From assembly GCF_963676685.1 (NCBI RefSeq), contig NC_092353.1, positions 31,558,001 through 31,622,000 on the forward strand: 64,000 bases of DNA, read 5' to 3'. The DNA comes from Mytilus edulis (lineage: Eukaryota). A program made the position numbers and the translations under genes. Under the pieces are notes generated by a model. That model was not told the DNA's origin, did not search any database, and was given only the letters and a program-made list of their open reading frames with translations. Shown in pieces: positions 49,065 to 60,963 of the stretch (the stretch's first letter is position 1; the number at the start of each line of letters is the position of its first letter).

Positions 49065-50050
49065 CCAATTTGGCATTTTGTGGCGATGGTGATGTATATG
49101 TTTCTTCATTTGGTGTTTTGAACTGCCCCATTGGTATCTTTGTGGCGATGGTGATGTATATGTTTCTTCTTCTGGTGTTTTGAACTGCCCCATTGGTATC
49201 TTTGTGGCGATGGGGATGCATATGTTTCTTCTTTTGGTGTTTTGAACTGCCCCATTGGTATCTTTGTGGCGATGGTGATGTATATGTTTCTTCTTCTGGT
49301 GTTTTGAACTGCCCCATTGGTATCTTTGTGGCGATGGGGATACATATGTTTCTTCTTTTGGTGTTTTGAACTGCCCCATTGGTATCTTTGTGGCGATGGT
49401 GATATATGTGTTTCTTCTTCTGGTGTTTTGAACTGCCCCATTGGTATCTTTGTGGCGATGGTAATGTATATGTTTCTTCTTTTGGTGTTTTGAACTGCCC
49501 CATTTGTATCTTTGTGGCGATGGTGATGTATATGTTTCTTCTTCTGGTGTTTTGAACTGCCCCATTGGTATCTTTGTGGCGATGGTGATGTATATGTTTC
49601 TTCTTCTGGTGTTTTGAACTGCACCATTGGTATCTTTGTGGCGATGGTGATGTATATGTTTCTTCTTCTGGTGTTTTGAACTGGTCCATTGGTATCTTTA
49701 TGGCAATGGTTATGTATACTTTTCTTTTCATGTTTTTAACTGTCTCATTGGTGGGGCGATGGTAATGTTTACTTTTATTCTCATGTTTTAAACTGCCAAA
49801 TTGGTATCTGTATGATGATGGTATTGTGTACTTTTCTTCTTCTCATGTTTTGAACTGCCCTATAGGTATAATTATTGGGATGGTGTTGTATACCTTTCTT
49901 TTTCTAGTGTTTTGAACTGCCCCATTTGGTGTCTTTGTGGCCATGGTGTTGTTACTTGTATACTTTTCTACGTCTTATGTTTTAAACTGCCCATTGATAT
50001 TTTTTTGCTGTTGTATACTTTTATTTTTTTTTTAGTTCTGAAGAACCCCA
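49065..50050. repeat. 62-bp minisatellite, ~10 conserved + ~5 degenerate copies
   Basis: Unit TGGCGATGGTGATGTATATGTTTCTTCTTCTGGTGTTTTGAACTGCCCCATTGGTATCTTTG; copies decay progressively after ~49700. Confidence 0.92.
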
Positions 50051-51623
50051 TTTTCATCTTCTTCCCCTTGTTGTCAAATATCCCACACTTCCTTAATTTT
50101 AAATTTAACGGGATTGACCCTTCCAGAGCAACAGAGTCTCCTCGAAAATTAGTTGGCTATGTCCTTGTTGTATTATCTTTTTAATTTGTAGTCTGTTTCC
50201 GTTTTAGCCATGCTTTTGATTTTTAACAAACAATTATTTTGTTCGAAAATTACTCATAAACATTATAAGATAAAATTGAAAGTATGGTCCTATAAAAATG
50301 ACTAATTGTGGACGTTCGTGTTGGAACATATTGTATTTGACCGGTTGTATTTGAATGTTTCTGAATATTTTACATTTTAAAACGGGTAAATATGTCAATA
50401 AGACAATCTTAATTGATTAGGTTGAAAACATTTGTTTAATGAACCTTAGTTTATGGGACACTATTATTTTTGACTAGAGATGCATCGATGATACACCAAG
50501 TAAAGTTTATGACAGCGAAAAAGGTGTACAATATCTCATCGCACGAAATTTATATTTAGGCCCGAACGATTACAGCATCTAAATGTTAGTGTACTACCTT
50601 TGCTGCATTCGGTAGCTATGTTGTATAAGTGTACTTTTAATACATACACTCAACTCTTAGCATGTGGTGCAAGAATTATAACCTAAAATAATATTTGAGA
50701 ATTCATAAATTATATTGATATAGGAAAGGGGATACATATTTCGATAAGGTAAGAAACGAATGTATTATTTTGGAATTCGTTCTTTACAGTCTGTCAAACA
50801 TATAAAAGTTAGGAGATATTGTATGATTGCCATTAAATCAGCAAAACAAAACTTTTTAACAGCTTTTTTCAATTCTTTTATCTTACTCGATAAACTTTAG
50901 ACCAAAACAATAAAAAAAAATAATCCAGGAATTTTGCAACTAATTAAGTACATTCAGTAATTGAAATTCAAAAGTTGTGAAATGTCTCCATTTTTTTGTG
51001 ATATTGAATAAGCTATTAAACTAGTTTGCACCAATTTTTTTTTACATTATGAAAATATGTAACAGAAAGCCGAGAGAATATTGATTAATTCATGCACCAC
51101 AATTTTAGTTTACATTTGTCTTCTATGTTACAGACCGTAGCAACGTCCGTATGTTACCTTTACCTTTACTATTGATGCAAATGACATTGTAAGCATCTAA
51201 ACTACATTCATTAAGATTTGAAGATAACTTTGGTAATTTAAACTTTTAAAGAGGGTGACAATAGATCCGATAGCATTAAAGACCTGCGTTGTCCTGTGCA
51301 CATATTAACGAGCAGATCAAAATCAGCATTTTATTATTCAGCCTTCATTCTTTTTAAAAGTCACATTAAAAAAAAAACCAACATCCATCTTTTGAGAATA
51401 TATAAACAATGATATTTTTCAAATAGTAAAATATGTGTCTATTTCCATTAATATCCGTCATGTTTGATCATAAAGCAATTTATCATCATCAAAGAAATAG
51501 ATCATTTTTAAATGTCTTGATTTCTTTCTGATATGTTAAAAGTTACTAACCATAATAGATATGAAATGAGTTCCAATGAAACTACTCTCCATCCAAGTCA
51601 AATTTTGCAAAATATACCATGAT

Positions 51624-52422
51624 TACGGGCCGCCGAATGGGACTCTTGTGGTTTTGTACAAAATTCAATTCTGTCATAACAAAATCATTTTTGTCTTACA
51701 AAACTATGTGATACAGACTTGTTTTATGAGAACTTCAATTTTGTGATGACAAAATTCATTTTTGTAGACAAAATGCATTTTTGTCATGACAAAAGTCAAT
51801 TTTGTCAAAAAGGTATACAAATATAAACTTATTTGCATAAAAAATTGAATTTTGTTACCTGATATGGAAATTAAAACACAAAAGTCAATTGTGTGAGACA
51901 AAAGTCAACTTTGTGACGACAAAATTCAATTTTGTGACGACAAAAATTGACTTTTGTGAGACAAAATTCAATGTTGTCAATTTTGTCTCACAAAAGTCAA
52001 TTTTGTCTCACAAATGTCAATTTTGTCTCACAAAGGTCAATTTTGTCTCACAAAAGGCAATTTTGTGTCACAAAAGTCAATTTTGTGTCACAAAAGTCAA
52101 TTTTGTGTCACAAAAGTCGATTTTGTATGCAAATTGGTTCACAGAATCCAAACTAAACTAATTTGCATGCAAAATTGACATTTGTCGCCAAATTTTCAAA
52201 TTAGGTAACAAAAGTAAAGTCTGTGTTACAAAAATGAATTTTGTCATGACAAAAGTAACTTTTGCCCACTGAAAGATAATTTTGTATTACAAAATTTTAA
52301 ATTTGTAGTATGCTACAAATTTTGTTAAACTGAACTCATTTTTGTTGAACAAAACTCACTTTTGTCCGTACAAAATTGAATTTAGAGTACAAAACCACAA
52401 GAGTCCCATTCGGCGCCCCGTA
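51624..52422. mobile_element. 799-bp TIR element with 5-bp TSD (ATGAT) and internal 20-bp palindromic repeats
   Basis: ATGAT|TACGGGCCGCCGAATGGGACTCTTGTGGTTTTGTAC...GTACAAAACCACAAGAGTCCCATTCGGCGCCCCGTA|ATGAT; internal (TTTTGTSTCACAAAAGTCAA)n. Confidence 0.88.
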
Positions 52423-53221
52423 ATGATAGGTCAAAGTACGGTCTTCAACACGGAGCCTTGGCTCACACGGAACAGCCAGCAAAGGCCCCAAAATTGACAA
52501 GTGTAAAATCATTCAAACTGGAAAACCAAGAGTTGTATCTAAATAAAAAAAATAACGAGAAACGAGAAAAAGTTATGAACCACATCAACAAACGACAACT
52601 ACTGAACATCATATTCATGAATTAGGACAGATACAAACAAATGCAGCAGATTTAAACGTTTTGAGACCGATAAGTACCAACTTCACTCTCATTAGAAAAC
52701 AATAGTGTAACATCACAACATAGAAAGACACACTATAAAATATCAATTGAAATAGCTTAACTCATTCAAAAGACATATAAACACAAATGAACATACACTG
52801 AACGAATAAATTTGATCTATTACACAACGTAAATACAAAATCAATAAAATAAAATGAAGGGTGAATAAATAAAGACAACAGTGGTATAACCCTGTGAGAT
52901 GTTGAAGAGTTAAAAAACAATAACCTTGAACAAATAGCCGCCAAATACAATAATATACACAGGTTAATGAAAAGGTATACAGTTTAAATGGAGAATGGAA
53001 ATATTCTTTTACAAAATAAATAATTTTGTTGTTCACAGTACGAAGAAGTGAAAATTAATAGTCATACCAAACACTTTAAAATAAACATTACTAACAGAAT
53101 CAACAGGTCAAATAAACAAGAAAGAACGATTTTAGAGTACTCGCAGTTACTGACAGCTAGGTAAAAGCCGAAAACAATTAATAATAAAAAAAACATGCGT
53201 CAGAGACTAAAATGTTCATTT

Positions 53222-54900
53222 TCAATACATCAGACGGAGACATTGTGAATACATTAAACGAGAACGTTGTGAATACATCAGAAAGAGACAGTGTCAATAC
53301 ATCAGAAATAGACATTGTCAATACGTCAGAAAGAGACATTGTCAATACATCAGAAAGTGACATTGTCAATACATCAGAAAGAGACATTGTCAATACATCA
53401 GAAAGAGACATTGTCAATACATCAGAAAGAGACATTGTCAATACATCAGAGAGAGACATTGTCAATACATCAGAAAGTGACATTGTCAATACATCAGAGA
53501 GACAGTGTCAATACATCAGAAAGAGACATTGTCAATACATCAGAAAGAGACATTGTCAATACATCAGAAAGTGACATTGTCAATACATCAGAAAGAGACA
53601 TTGTCAATACACCAGAAAGAGACATTGTCAATACACCAGAAAGGGACATTGTCAATACATCAGAAAGAGACATTGTCACTACATCAGAAAGAGACATTGT
53701 CAATACATCAGAGAGACAGTGTCAACACATCAGAAAGAGACAGTGTCAATACATCAGAAAGAGACATTGTCAATACATCAGAAAGTGACATTGTCAATAC
53801 ATCAGAAAGAGACATTGTCAATACACCAGTGTCAATACATCAGAAAGAGACATTGTCAATACATCAGAAAGTGACATTGTCAATACATCAGAAAGAGACA
53901 TTGTCAATACATCAGAAAGGGACATTGTCATACATCAGAAAGAGACATTGTCAATACATCAGAAAGAGACTTTGTCAATACATCAGAAAGAGACAGTGTC
54001 AATACATCAGATAGAGACATTGTCAATACATCAGAAAGGGAAATTGTCACTACATCAGAAAGAGACATTGTCAAAACATCAGAAAGAGACATTGTCAATA
54101 CACCAGAAAGGGACCTTGTCAATACATCAGAAAGAGACATTGTAAATACATCAGATAGAGACATTGTCAATACATCAGAAAGAGACATTGTCAATACACC
54201 AGAAAGGGACATTGTCAATACATCAGAAAGTGACCTTGTCAATACATCAGAAAGAGACATTGTCAACACATCAGAAAGAGACATTGTCAATACATCAGAA
54301 AGAGACATTGTCAATACAACAGAAAGAGACATTGTCAATATAACAGAAAGAGACATTGTCAATACATCAGAAAGAGACATTGTCAATACATCAGAAAGAG
54401 ACATTGTCAATACAACAGAAAGAGACAGTGTCAATACACCAGAAAGAGACATTGTCAATACATCAGAAAAAGACATTGTCAATACATCAGAAAGAGACAC
54501 TGTCAATACATCAGAAAGAGACATTGTCAATATATCAGAAAGTGACATTGTCAATACATCAGAAAGAGACATTGTCAATACACCAGAAAGAGACATTGTC
54601 AATACATCAGAAAAGACATTGTCAATACATCAGAAAGAGACATTGTCAATACACCAGAAAGAGACATTGTCAATACATCAGAAAGGGACATTGTCAATAC
54701 ATCAGAAAGAGACATTGTCAATACATCAGAAAGTGACATTGTCAATACATCAGAAAAAGACATTGTCAATACAACAGAAAGGGACATTGTCATACATCAG
54801 AAAGAGACAGTGTCAATACATCAGAAAGAGACATTGTCAATACATCAGAAAGAGACAGTGTCAATACATCAGAAAGATACATTGTCAATACACCAGAAAG
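53222..54900. repeat. 24-bp minisatellite, ~70 copies
   Basis: Unit TTGTCAATACATCAGAAAGAGACA with scattered 1-2 nt indels. Confidence 0.95.
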
Positions 54901-54931
54901 AAACAACACGAAGATCTACTTTAATTTAGAT

Positions 54932-55263
54932 AACTAGTATACCTAGTGAGATTATTACCACACTAGTATACCTAGTTAGATCATTACCACACTAGTATAC
55001 CTAGTTAGATCATTACCACACTAGTATACCTAGTTAGATCATAACCTCACTAGTATAATTAGTTTCATCATAACCACACTAGTATAACTAGATACATCAT
55101 AACCACACTAGTATACCTTAATTAGATCATAACCACATTAGTATACCTAGTTAGATCATAACCACACTAGTATACCTAGTTACATCATAATCACACTAGT
55201 ATACTTAGTTAGATCATCACCACACTAGTATATCTTGTTATATCATAACCATTCTAGTATACC
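54932..55263. repeat. 29-bp minisatellite, ~11 copies
   Basis: Unit ACTAGTATACCTAGTTAGATCATAACCAC with a quasi-palindromic ACTAGTATACCTAGT core. Confidence 0.9.
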
Positions 55264-55465
55264 TATAATATATATATATACAGTATATATATATTATAGG
55301 TATATATAATGCGATGCATGCGATACGTGTGTACATGAGATGGCCTTACAAATGAGGACTGACAAGAATTTCCGGAACATATGATTTCAATGTCCGGAAT
55401 ATAATAGAACTTCAACATTCATCGACTCATTTTTTGTCGAGAACAAATCAAACGCATTACGTACA

Positions 55466-55794
55466 ATAGTTATCAAAAGTACAAGGATGTTAAATTAATA
55501 CGTCAGACGCGCGTTTCGTCTACACAGACTCCTCAGTCACGCTCAGATAAAAAAGTTATTAAGCCAATGCAAACAAGTACAAAGATGAAGAGCATTGGGG
55601 ACCTAAAATTCTAAAAAGTTGTGCCAAATACAGCAAAGCTATCTTTAACTGGGATAAGAAAACCCTTAGTATTTCGAAATATCTATACTTTTGTAACAGA
55701 AAATTTATAATATGACCACACAATTGATATTCATGTCAAAACCGAAGTGCTGACTACTGAGCTGGTGATACCCTCGTGGACGAAACGTCCACCA
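55466..55794 (-). ncRNA. Retrozyme-type monomer with hammerhead motif (55542-55500)
   Basis: Minus strand GCGTGA-CTGAGGA-GTCT gtgt AGAC-GAAA-CGCGCG-TC-TGACGT (CUGANGA and GAAA intact); the body matches 31230-31610. Confidence 0.8.
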
Positions 55795-56399
55795 ATACAG
55801 GCAACGCGCTCGAAAAAACATCAGACTTCGGTCGAGAATGAAATTGAAATTTTAGAGGAAAGTATTATAACAAAAAGTAGGTTGCTATCCGTATAATGTT
55901 ACATGGTCTGCTTACTGTTCTTTTCACTCAGACTCTCAACAGAAGAACCACATCTATGAGAGTTCATACTTGGTTTTTAACATGGTGGGGGAAACTAGCT
56001 GTGTGCAATGCCTTTGATGGTGCATGGCGTTGCTGTCGATGTAAAGGCAGGCCGAGCGTTGTTGCCGATGTAGAGGAAGGTCGGGATCGACTGACAAACT
56101 CAAACTTTGACGTCTCAAAGCAGAATTTCTACTTATATGGCAATCATTCATTAGATGTTATGCCAACATCACTTTCTTTGTCAGCTTAAAATTAGAAATT
56201 ACCAAATATGGCTATTGTCCGAAATAAGGTAAAAATGTTGTATTATTAATTGTCACATACCGCTATATATATAATAGAGAGGTTACTTTGACATTGATGG
56301 TAATAAATAATCTTTAAATGACCTGAGAACTGTTTGCAGCAACCCACGGTATACAAAAGAAATCATTACTTTTCTTATTAATATAAAATTTAATTAAAA

Positions 56400-57450
56400 A
56401 TTGTAACGTCATCTATGTCCAAAATATGTGTCAAAAATATCTGTCAGAATAAAATCACCAAAAAGCACGTTCAATAAGCTCTATGCACAACCATCATCGA
56501 CTTGTAGAAATCTTATCAGTGATAGTGGAAATATAGAACTTCAAAACCTTATTGGAGCCAAAGCAAGGTCAAATATCGTAGTATGGAAAGAATCTGAGCT
56601 GGGAAACACAGTAGACTGTGTGGTAAATTTTGGTTCTCAACCCAGTATCATACCTAATTTCAAGCTTACATTTAAGTTATGAAGCAGATTTATCTGTATC
56701 TGTTGTATTCTTTCTTCAAGTCCTATGAGAAAGATGCATTTGTGAGAGTCCCTTAACCCTGGATTCTTTATAGAGGAAACATTATCTTTATAGCAGATCG
56801 TGAATTTCAAGAAATATAGTAATGCTTGTGTCTTCAAATTTTTACTAAGACGACTCTGTATAAAGTCAATATGAATGAAAGAACAAGCCAAGAAGAAAAG
56901 CACAGTTGGCTTCCTTGGGTATGCCAACTAGTTGTTACGTCCTTCAAAACGGAACATAATTTCCTTTTAAATGGCATTATTGTTTCATATATTATTTTTT
57001 GTATTCATATATTTTGTAGTGTTTTGTAAAGTAAATAGTTATACGTCCATAAAAAACTTATCATGATTGTGTGGCTAAAGTCATGGGACGAGCTGTATAT
57101 AGTTATAATAAATTATTGAACAAATATCAATCACTCTGGCTTTCTTAAAGGTGATTCAACAGTTTACCCACCGGTCAGAGATTATCTACTATGAACAGTT
57201 CTTGCATTTTTGTGATATTAAATGGAATGTGTTTGGGAGACTTTGGCACAATACGAAAATAAGAAATTTCAATATCATGGATTTTTTTGACGATTTGTTG
57301 GATTTTCTTACGGATTATGTAAGCAACTCGAAACAAAATGTTCATGTCATAGTACATTTCTAATTTCAATCTTGTATATAAGGCTTGGGTAGTTCTTGGG
57401 TTTTTTTCTGAGTTGTCTGTTATTCTGTGACACAAAAGTGATATATCTCA
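56400..57450 (-). pseudogene. Old, heavily decayed Penelope-like RT
   Basis: Broken frames read ELPSL (57390), QLVGIPKEANCAFLL (56930), FTICYKDNVSSIKNP (equivalent to FRYIDDVLSLNN) and NTTDTDKSAS..LEI..GLRTKIY, colinear with the 40.1-40.7 kb RT. Confidence 0.7.
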
Positions 57451-57989
57451 TAACCAGGATAACCATATATATCAATAACCTATTGCTCACTTTAGTGGAC
57501 ATAAGGCTGTCATCAGGAGCGGATTCAACAATAAAGAAAGAGGGGAGGGTGTAATTAAGAAATTGGAATATGTACCACAGAGCGAGACGATACTGCAAAA
57601 TATTTTTTAATAATTTTATACTTAATCATAAATAAATCGTGACAATATATATTGTTTTGCTATCAAAGTGTACGCCCTATACACGGCCCCTGATCTATAT
57701 CTATCCAGCGGTGACGTTGCCGGTGCCTTCAGAGAAATTCATTTGGATATGCCTGCTATGGTCTCATTCAATAATGAATCACAAAAAACTGGTTAAAACT
57801 AAGAATTAAATCTAAACACTTGAGCCGGGTGCAGCAAGGTAAAAAAAAAGTCATATATCGTTTTATTATAGGGAAACGTTGGATGTTGGCGCATCGCCAG
57901 GTCTTAAAAATAAAAAAAAAATCACTTTTTAAAGACACGTATAAATTGCCCCAAATATGATCTTAAACATACTAAAATCGAGCTATGTG

Positions 57990-58122
57990 ACAGTCATGTG
58001 TTTTACTGTTAATCACGACAATCATGTGCTTTACTGTTAATCACCACAATCATGTGTTTACTGTTCATCAAGACAATCATGTGTTTTACTGTTAATCACG
58101 ACAATCATAATCATGACAATCA
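57990..58122. repeat. ~28-bp minisatellite, ~4-5 copies
   Basis: CAATCATGTGTTTTACTGTTAATCACGA. Confidence 0.8.
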
Positions 58123-58819
58123 GGTACGGAAGCAGCTGTTAGTATAATCAGTGATTTATTATTATGGAGAAAGGTATAATGTTTTCCCGTTTGAATGGTT
58201 TTACACTAGTAACTTTGGGGCCCTCTATAGCTTGTTGTTCGGTGTGAGCCAAGGCTCCGTGTTGAAGGCCGTACATTGACTTATAATGGTTTACTTTTTT
58301 TAAATTGTTATTTGGATGGAGAGTTGTCTCATTGACACTCACACCACATCTTCCTATATCTATAATTAGAAAATCTTCGAGAATACCTGCAAAAACTAAG
58401 ACATCAAAACATAAGTTCCTGTTATTGCAGTCAGGTTTTCATGTCCAGCTAAACTTATAAGATTCTGATTTAGTGTATTCATAAAATCTATGGATAAAAG
58501 TATTAAAAACATTAGATACCCCTTTATATCGTTCCAAAAAGTGTTCAAGAATCTATCTATCTATGAGCCGTACCTGATTTCTTTCAAGCCTTAGTTAGGT
58601 TATCAAAAATAAGTTTTGGTCGAAATCCTTTTTGGCTGATTTCCAATCTGCTTAGACCATTTTTGCAGCACATAACGTTTTTTTCTTGATACATTTGTAC
58701 ATCATCAGTCCCCCTTTTTATTTTCATGTCTCTGTTATGTTATATGATCAGATATTTTCCATAATAGAATTTCTGAAGGTCATCTTTATATGATTGAATT
58801 TCTAATATCATTTAATTGT

Positions 58820-59265
58820 CCTGAATATACATGAAACATTTGCCACTGGACGTTATTATCATTTCATAGTCTTGAATATACATGAAACATTTGCAACCGT
58901 TTCACGAGCAATTATCATTTCATCGAACTAATATACATGAAACATTTGCCACTGGACGTTATTATCATTTCATTGTCACGGCTGAATATACATGCAATAT
59001 TTGCCACTGGACGTTATTATCATCTTAAATTCTCTAATATACATGAAACATTAGTCACTGGACGTTATTATCATTTCATAGTCATATAAGAAAATTTGCC
59101 ACTGGACGTTATTATCATTTCATAGTCATATAAGAAAATTTGCCACTGGACGTTATTATCATTTCATTGTCTTCAATATACATCATGAAACATTTGCCAC
59201 TGGACGTTATCATTTCATAGTCTTGAATATACATGAATCATTTGCCACTGGATGTTAAGCAATCC
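58820..59265 (+). repeat. ~50-55-bp tandem array of a SINE-tail-like motif, ~8 copies
   Basis: AATATACATGAAACATTTGCCACTGGACGTTATTATCATTTCATAGTC; the last copy ends TTGCCACTGGATGTTAAGCAA, like the 14.55-kb SINE tail. Confidence 0.85.
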
Positions 59266-59454
59266 TAAATTAATCAAGTATTATAATATCAGTTTATTTT
59301 CCAGATGTTCTAGCTCATGTATACAAATTGTCTAATAAACAAACTTTTATTAGCTTTTGAATAATTTACAATGATCTACAGTGTTTGTCGCTTGCTATTT
59401 TCTACACTTGATTTATTCATAGATATTTAGATACATTTTTTTTAATTTAACTTC

Positions 59455-59904
59455 TGTGTGTCTATAAATACGTATCATGACATTGTGTAACTGCATCACT
59501 GTTTAGAGCTTATTGTCCATACTGGATTTTAGCCAATCAAACGCTGGACATTATAAGCTAAATGTAAACAAAAAGCACGTGCTTGGAAATTGTTTATTTG
59601 CACTGACCGATCGGGTTTTGTTATTGACCTGTTCCTCCGTAAAATAAGCTATTAACTTTCTTACACTTAAAGCGTTAACATTTGCTCACAAATATATAAG
59701 AAATTATCATCATGACAATTTAATTTGCAGTAGAATGGACTCGTGAACCTTAGATGACCCCCTTCACAAGGTCGATCTTCCAGCTGGCGGTACTTCGACA
59801 GAGGATAGTGAACTGATTAGAAGTCGATGCCATAATTAGCACGCTTGATTTGTATCATTATTAAGATGTAATATATAAAAAGGACCGTTCCCGAAATGGT
59901 AAGC
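59455..59904 (+). promoter_or_regulatory. Candidate promoter and first exon of a plus-strand gene ending ATG|gtaagc
   Basis: AGCCAATCA (59531), TGTAAACA forkhead site (~59562), CACGTG E-box (~59576), a CpG-richer unique stretch, and ATG 59896-59898 directly followed by donor GTAAG. Motif-level evidence only. Confidence 0.3.
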
Positions 59905-60963
59905 CTTTTAATTTACTTTTGGTAATTGATAATACACGGCTAGTTTTCTGTTCGAATATTTCTTTTGAAGTAATTGCATAATCGATTGACCTCGTAGATT
60001 CATTACATAATGTTTATACCAAAGTGGAAATGAAAAGACACTAAAAAATATATGGTTATAAATTTATATTACATATTTGCACTTCGGTTTTATACAGATT
60101 TAATACTTTGGTTGGACATCTAAAAGGGACTTTTAATTTATTTTCCATTGTTTGATATTTTGTGTGTGAATGGTATCTACAGCTCTATTTATTTTTAACC
60201 TTGCAAACAAAAGTACTGTGTTGATATAGGTTTATGTCAAGGCTACAGTTTCAAGGCCGTTTTAAAAGCTTCATAGTGAAATGAGATTAGTATCTTTTAG
60301 CTGATTTATGCATGAAATTTTAATTTACACAGCAACAAAAATATATTAAGTTTATTTTCGCATAAGTATTTTATTCTTGACATCTTTGTGATTCACCCAG
60401 CTAGAAAAAAAGATATTTGAAAGGCATAATCAAGATAAAAATACATTATTTTTAACATACTACACTCTTAGATCAAAACGGTTTCACAATTTAGGAATTT
60501 TGCTACATGTCTTTCATGAAAAAAGAAAGTAAAATAACTAAGGTAAACAGTGGTTATTTTACAAAAAATGTTTTAAAGTATCATAAATGTATTTCATTAA
60601 ATGTGCAAGAAACTGCAGACATCCTGTGTATTTAAAGGGGAAACAATACATCATTCAATTCAAACAAAAAATAACTATTAAAAGTAGAAATTTTTTTAAA
60701 AGTAGAATTTTTATTATAAAAAGTAGAATTTTTAGTAAAAGTAGAATTTTTATATGAATTATATAGGATTTTTGTCATGTAAAAATATGCTTATAATATG
60801 ATTTATAACAGAATTTAATGCATAAAATTTATAGGCCTCAGTTCTTATACAAAACAATGAATACACAGCTATAAGCTCCCTATTATAAATATAATTTGAA
60901 CTAAACAAATATTTTTTTTAGCTTAAACATTAGTTAAATGATGTAGGTTAACTTTAAAGAATT

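Noticed and set aside
49024-49731. His/Lys-rich repetitive ORFs in three frames
   Set aside because: The 62-bp unit is not a multiple of 3, all frames cycle through the same peptides, and no splice context or unique sequence was found.
51889-52161. Cys-rich repetitive ORFs
   Set aside because: Translation of the internal 20-bp repeat of the TIR element.
53178-54924. (NTSERDIV)n, (LSDVLTMS)n and (SIHQKETL)n ORFs; CRISPR-like appearance
   Set aside because: Head-to-tail 24-bp minisatellite with frameshifting indels. No unique spacers, no cas genes, eukaryotic context.
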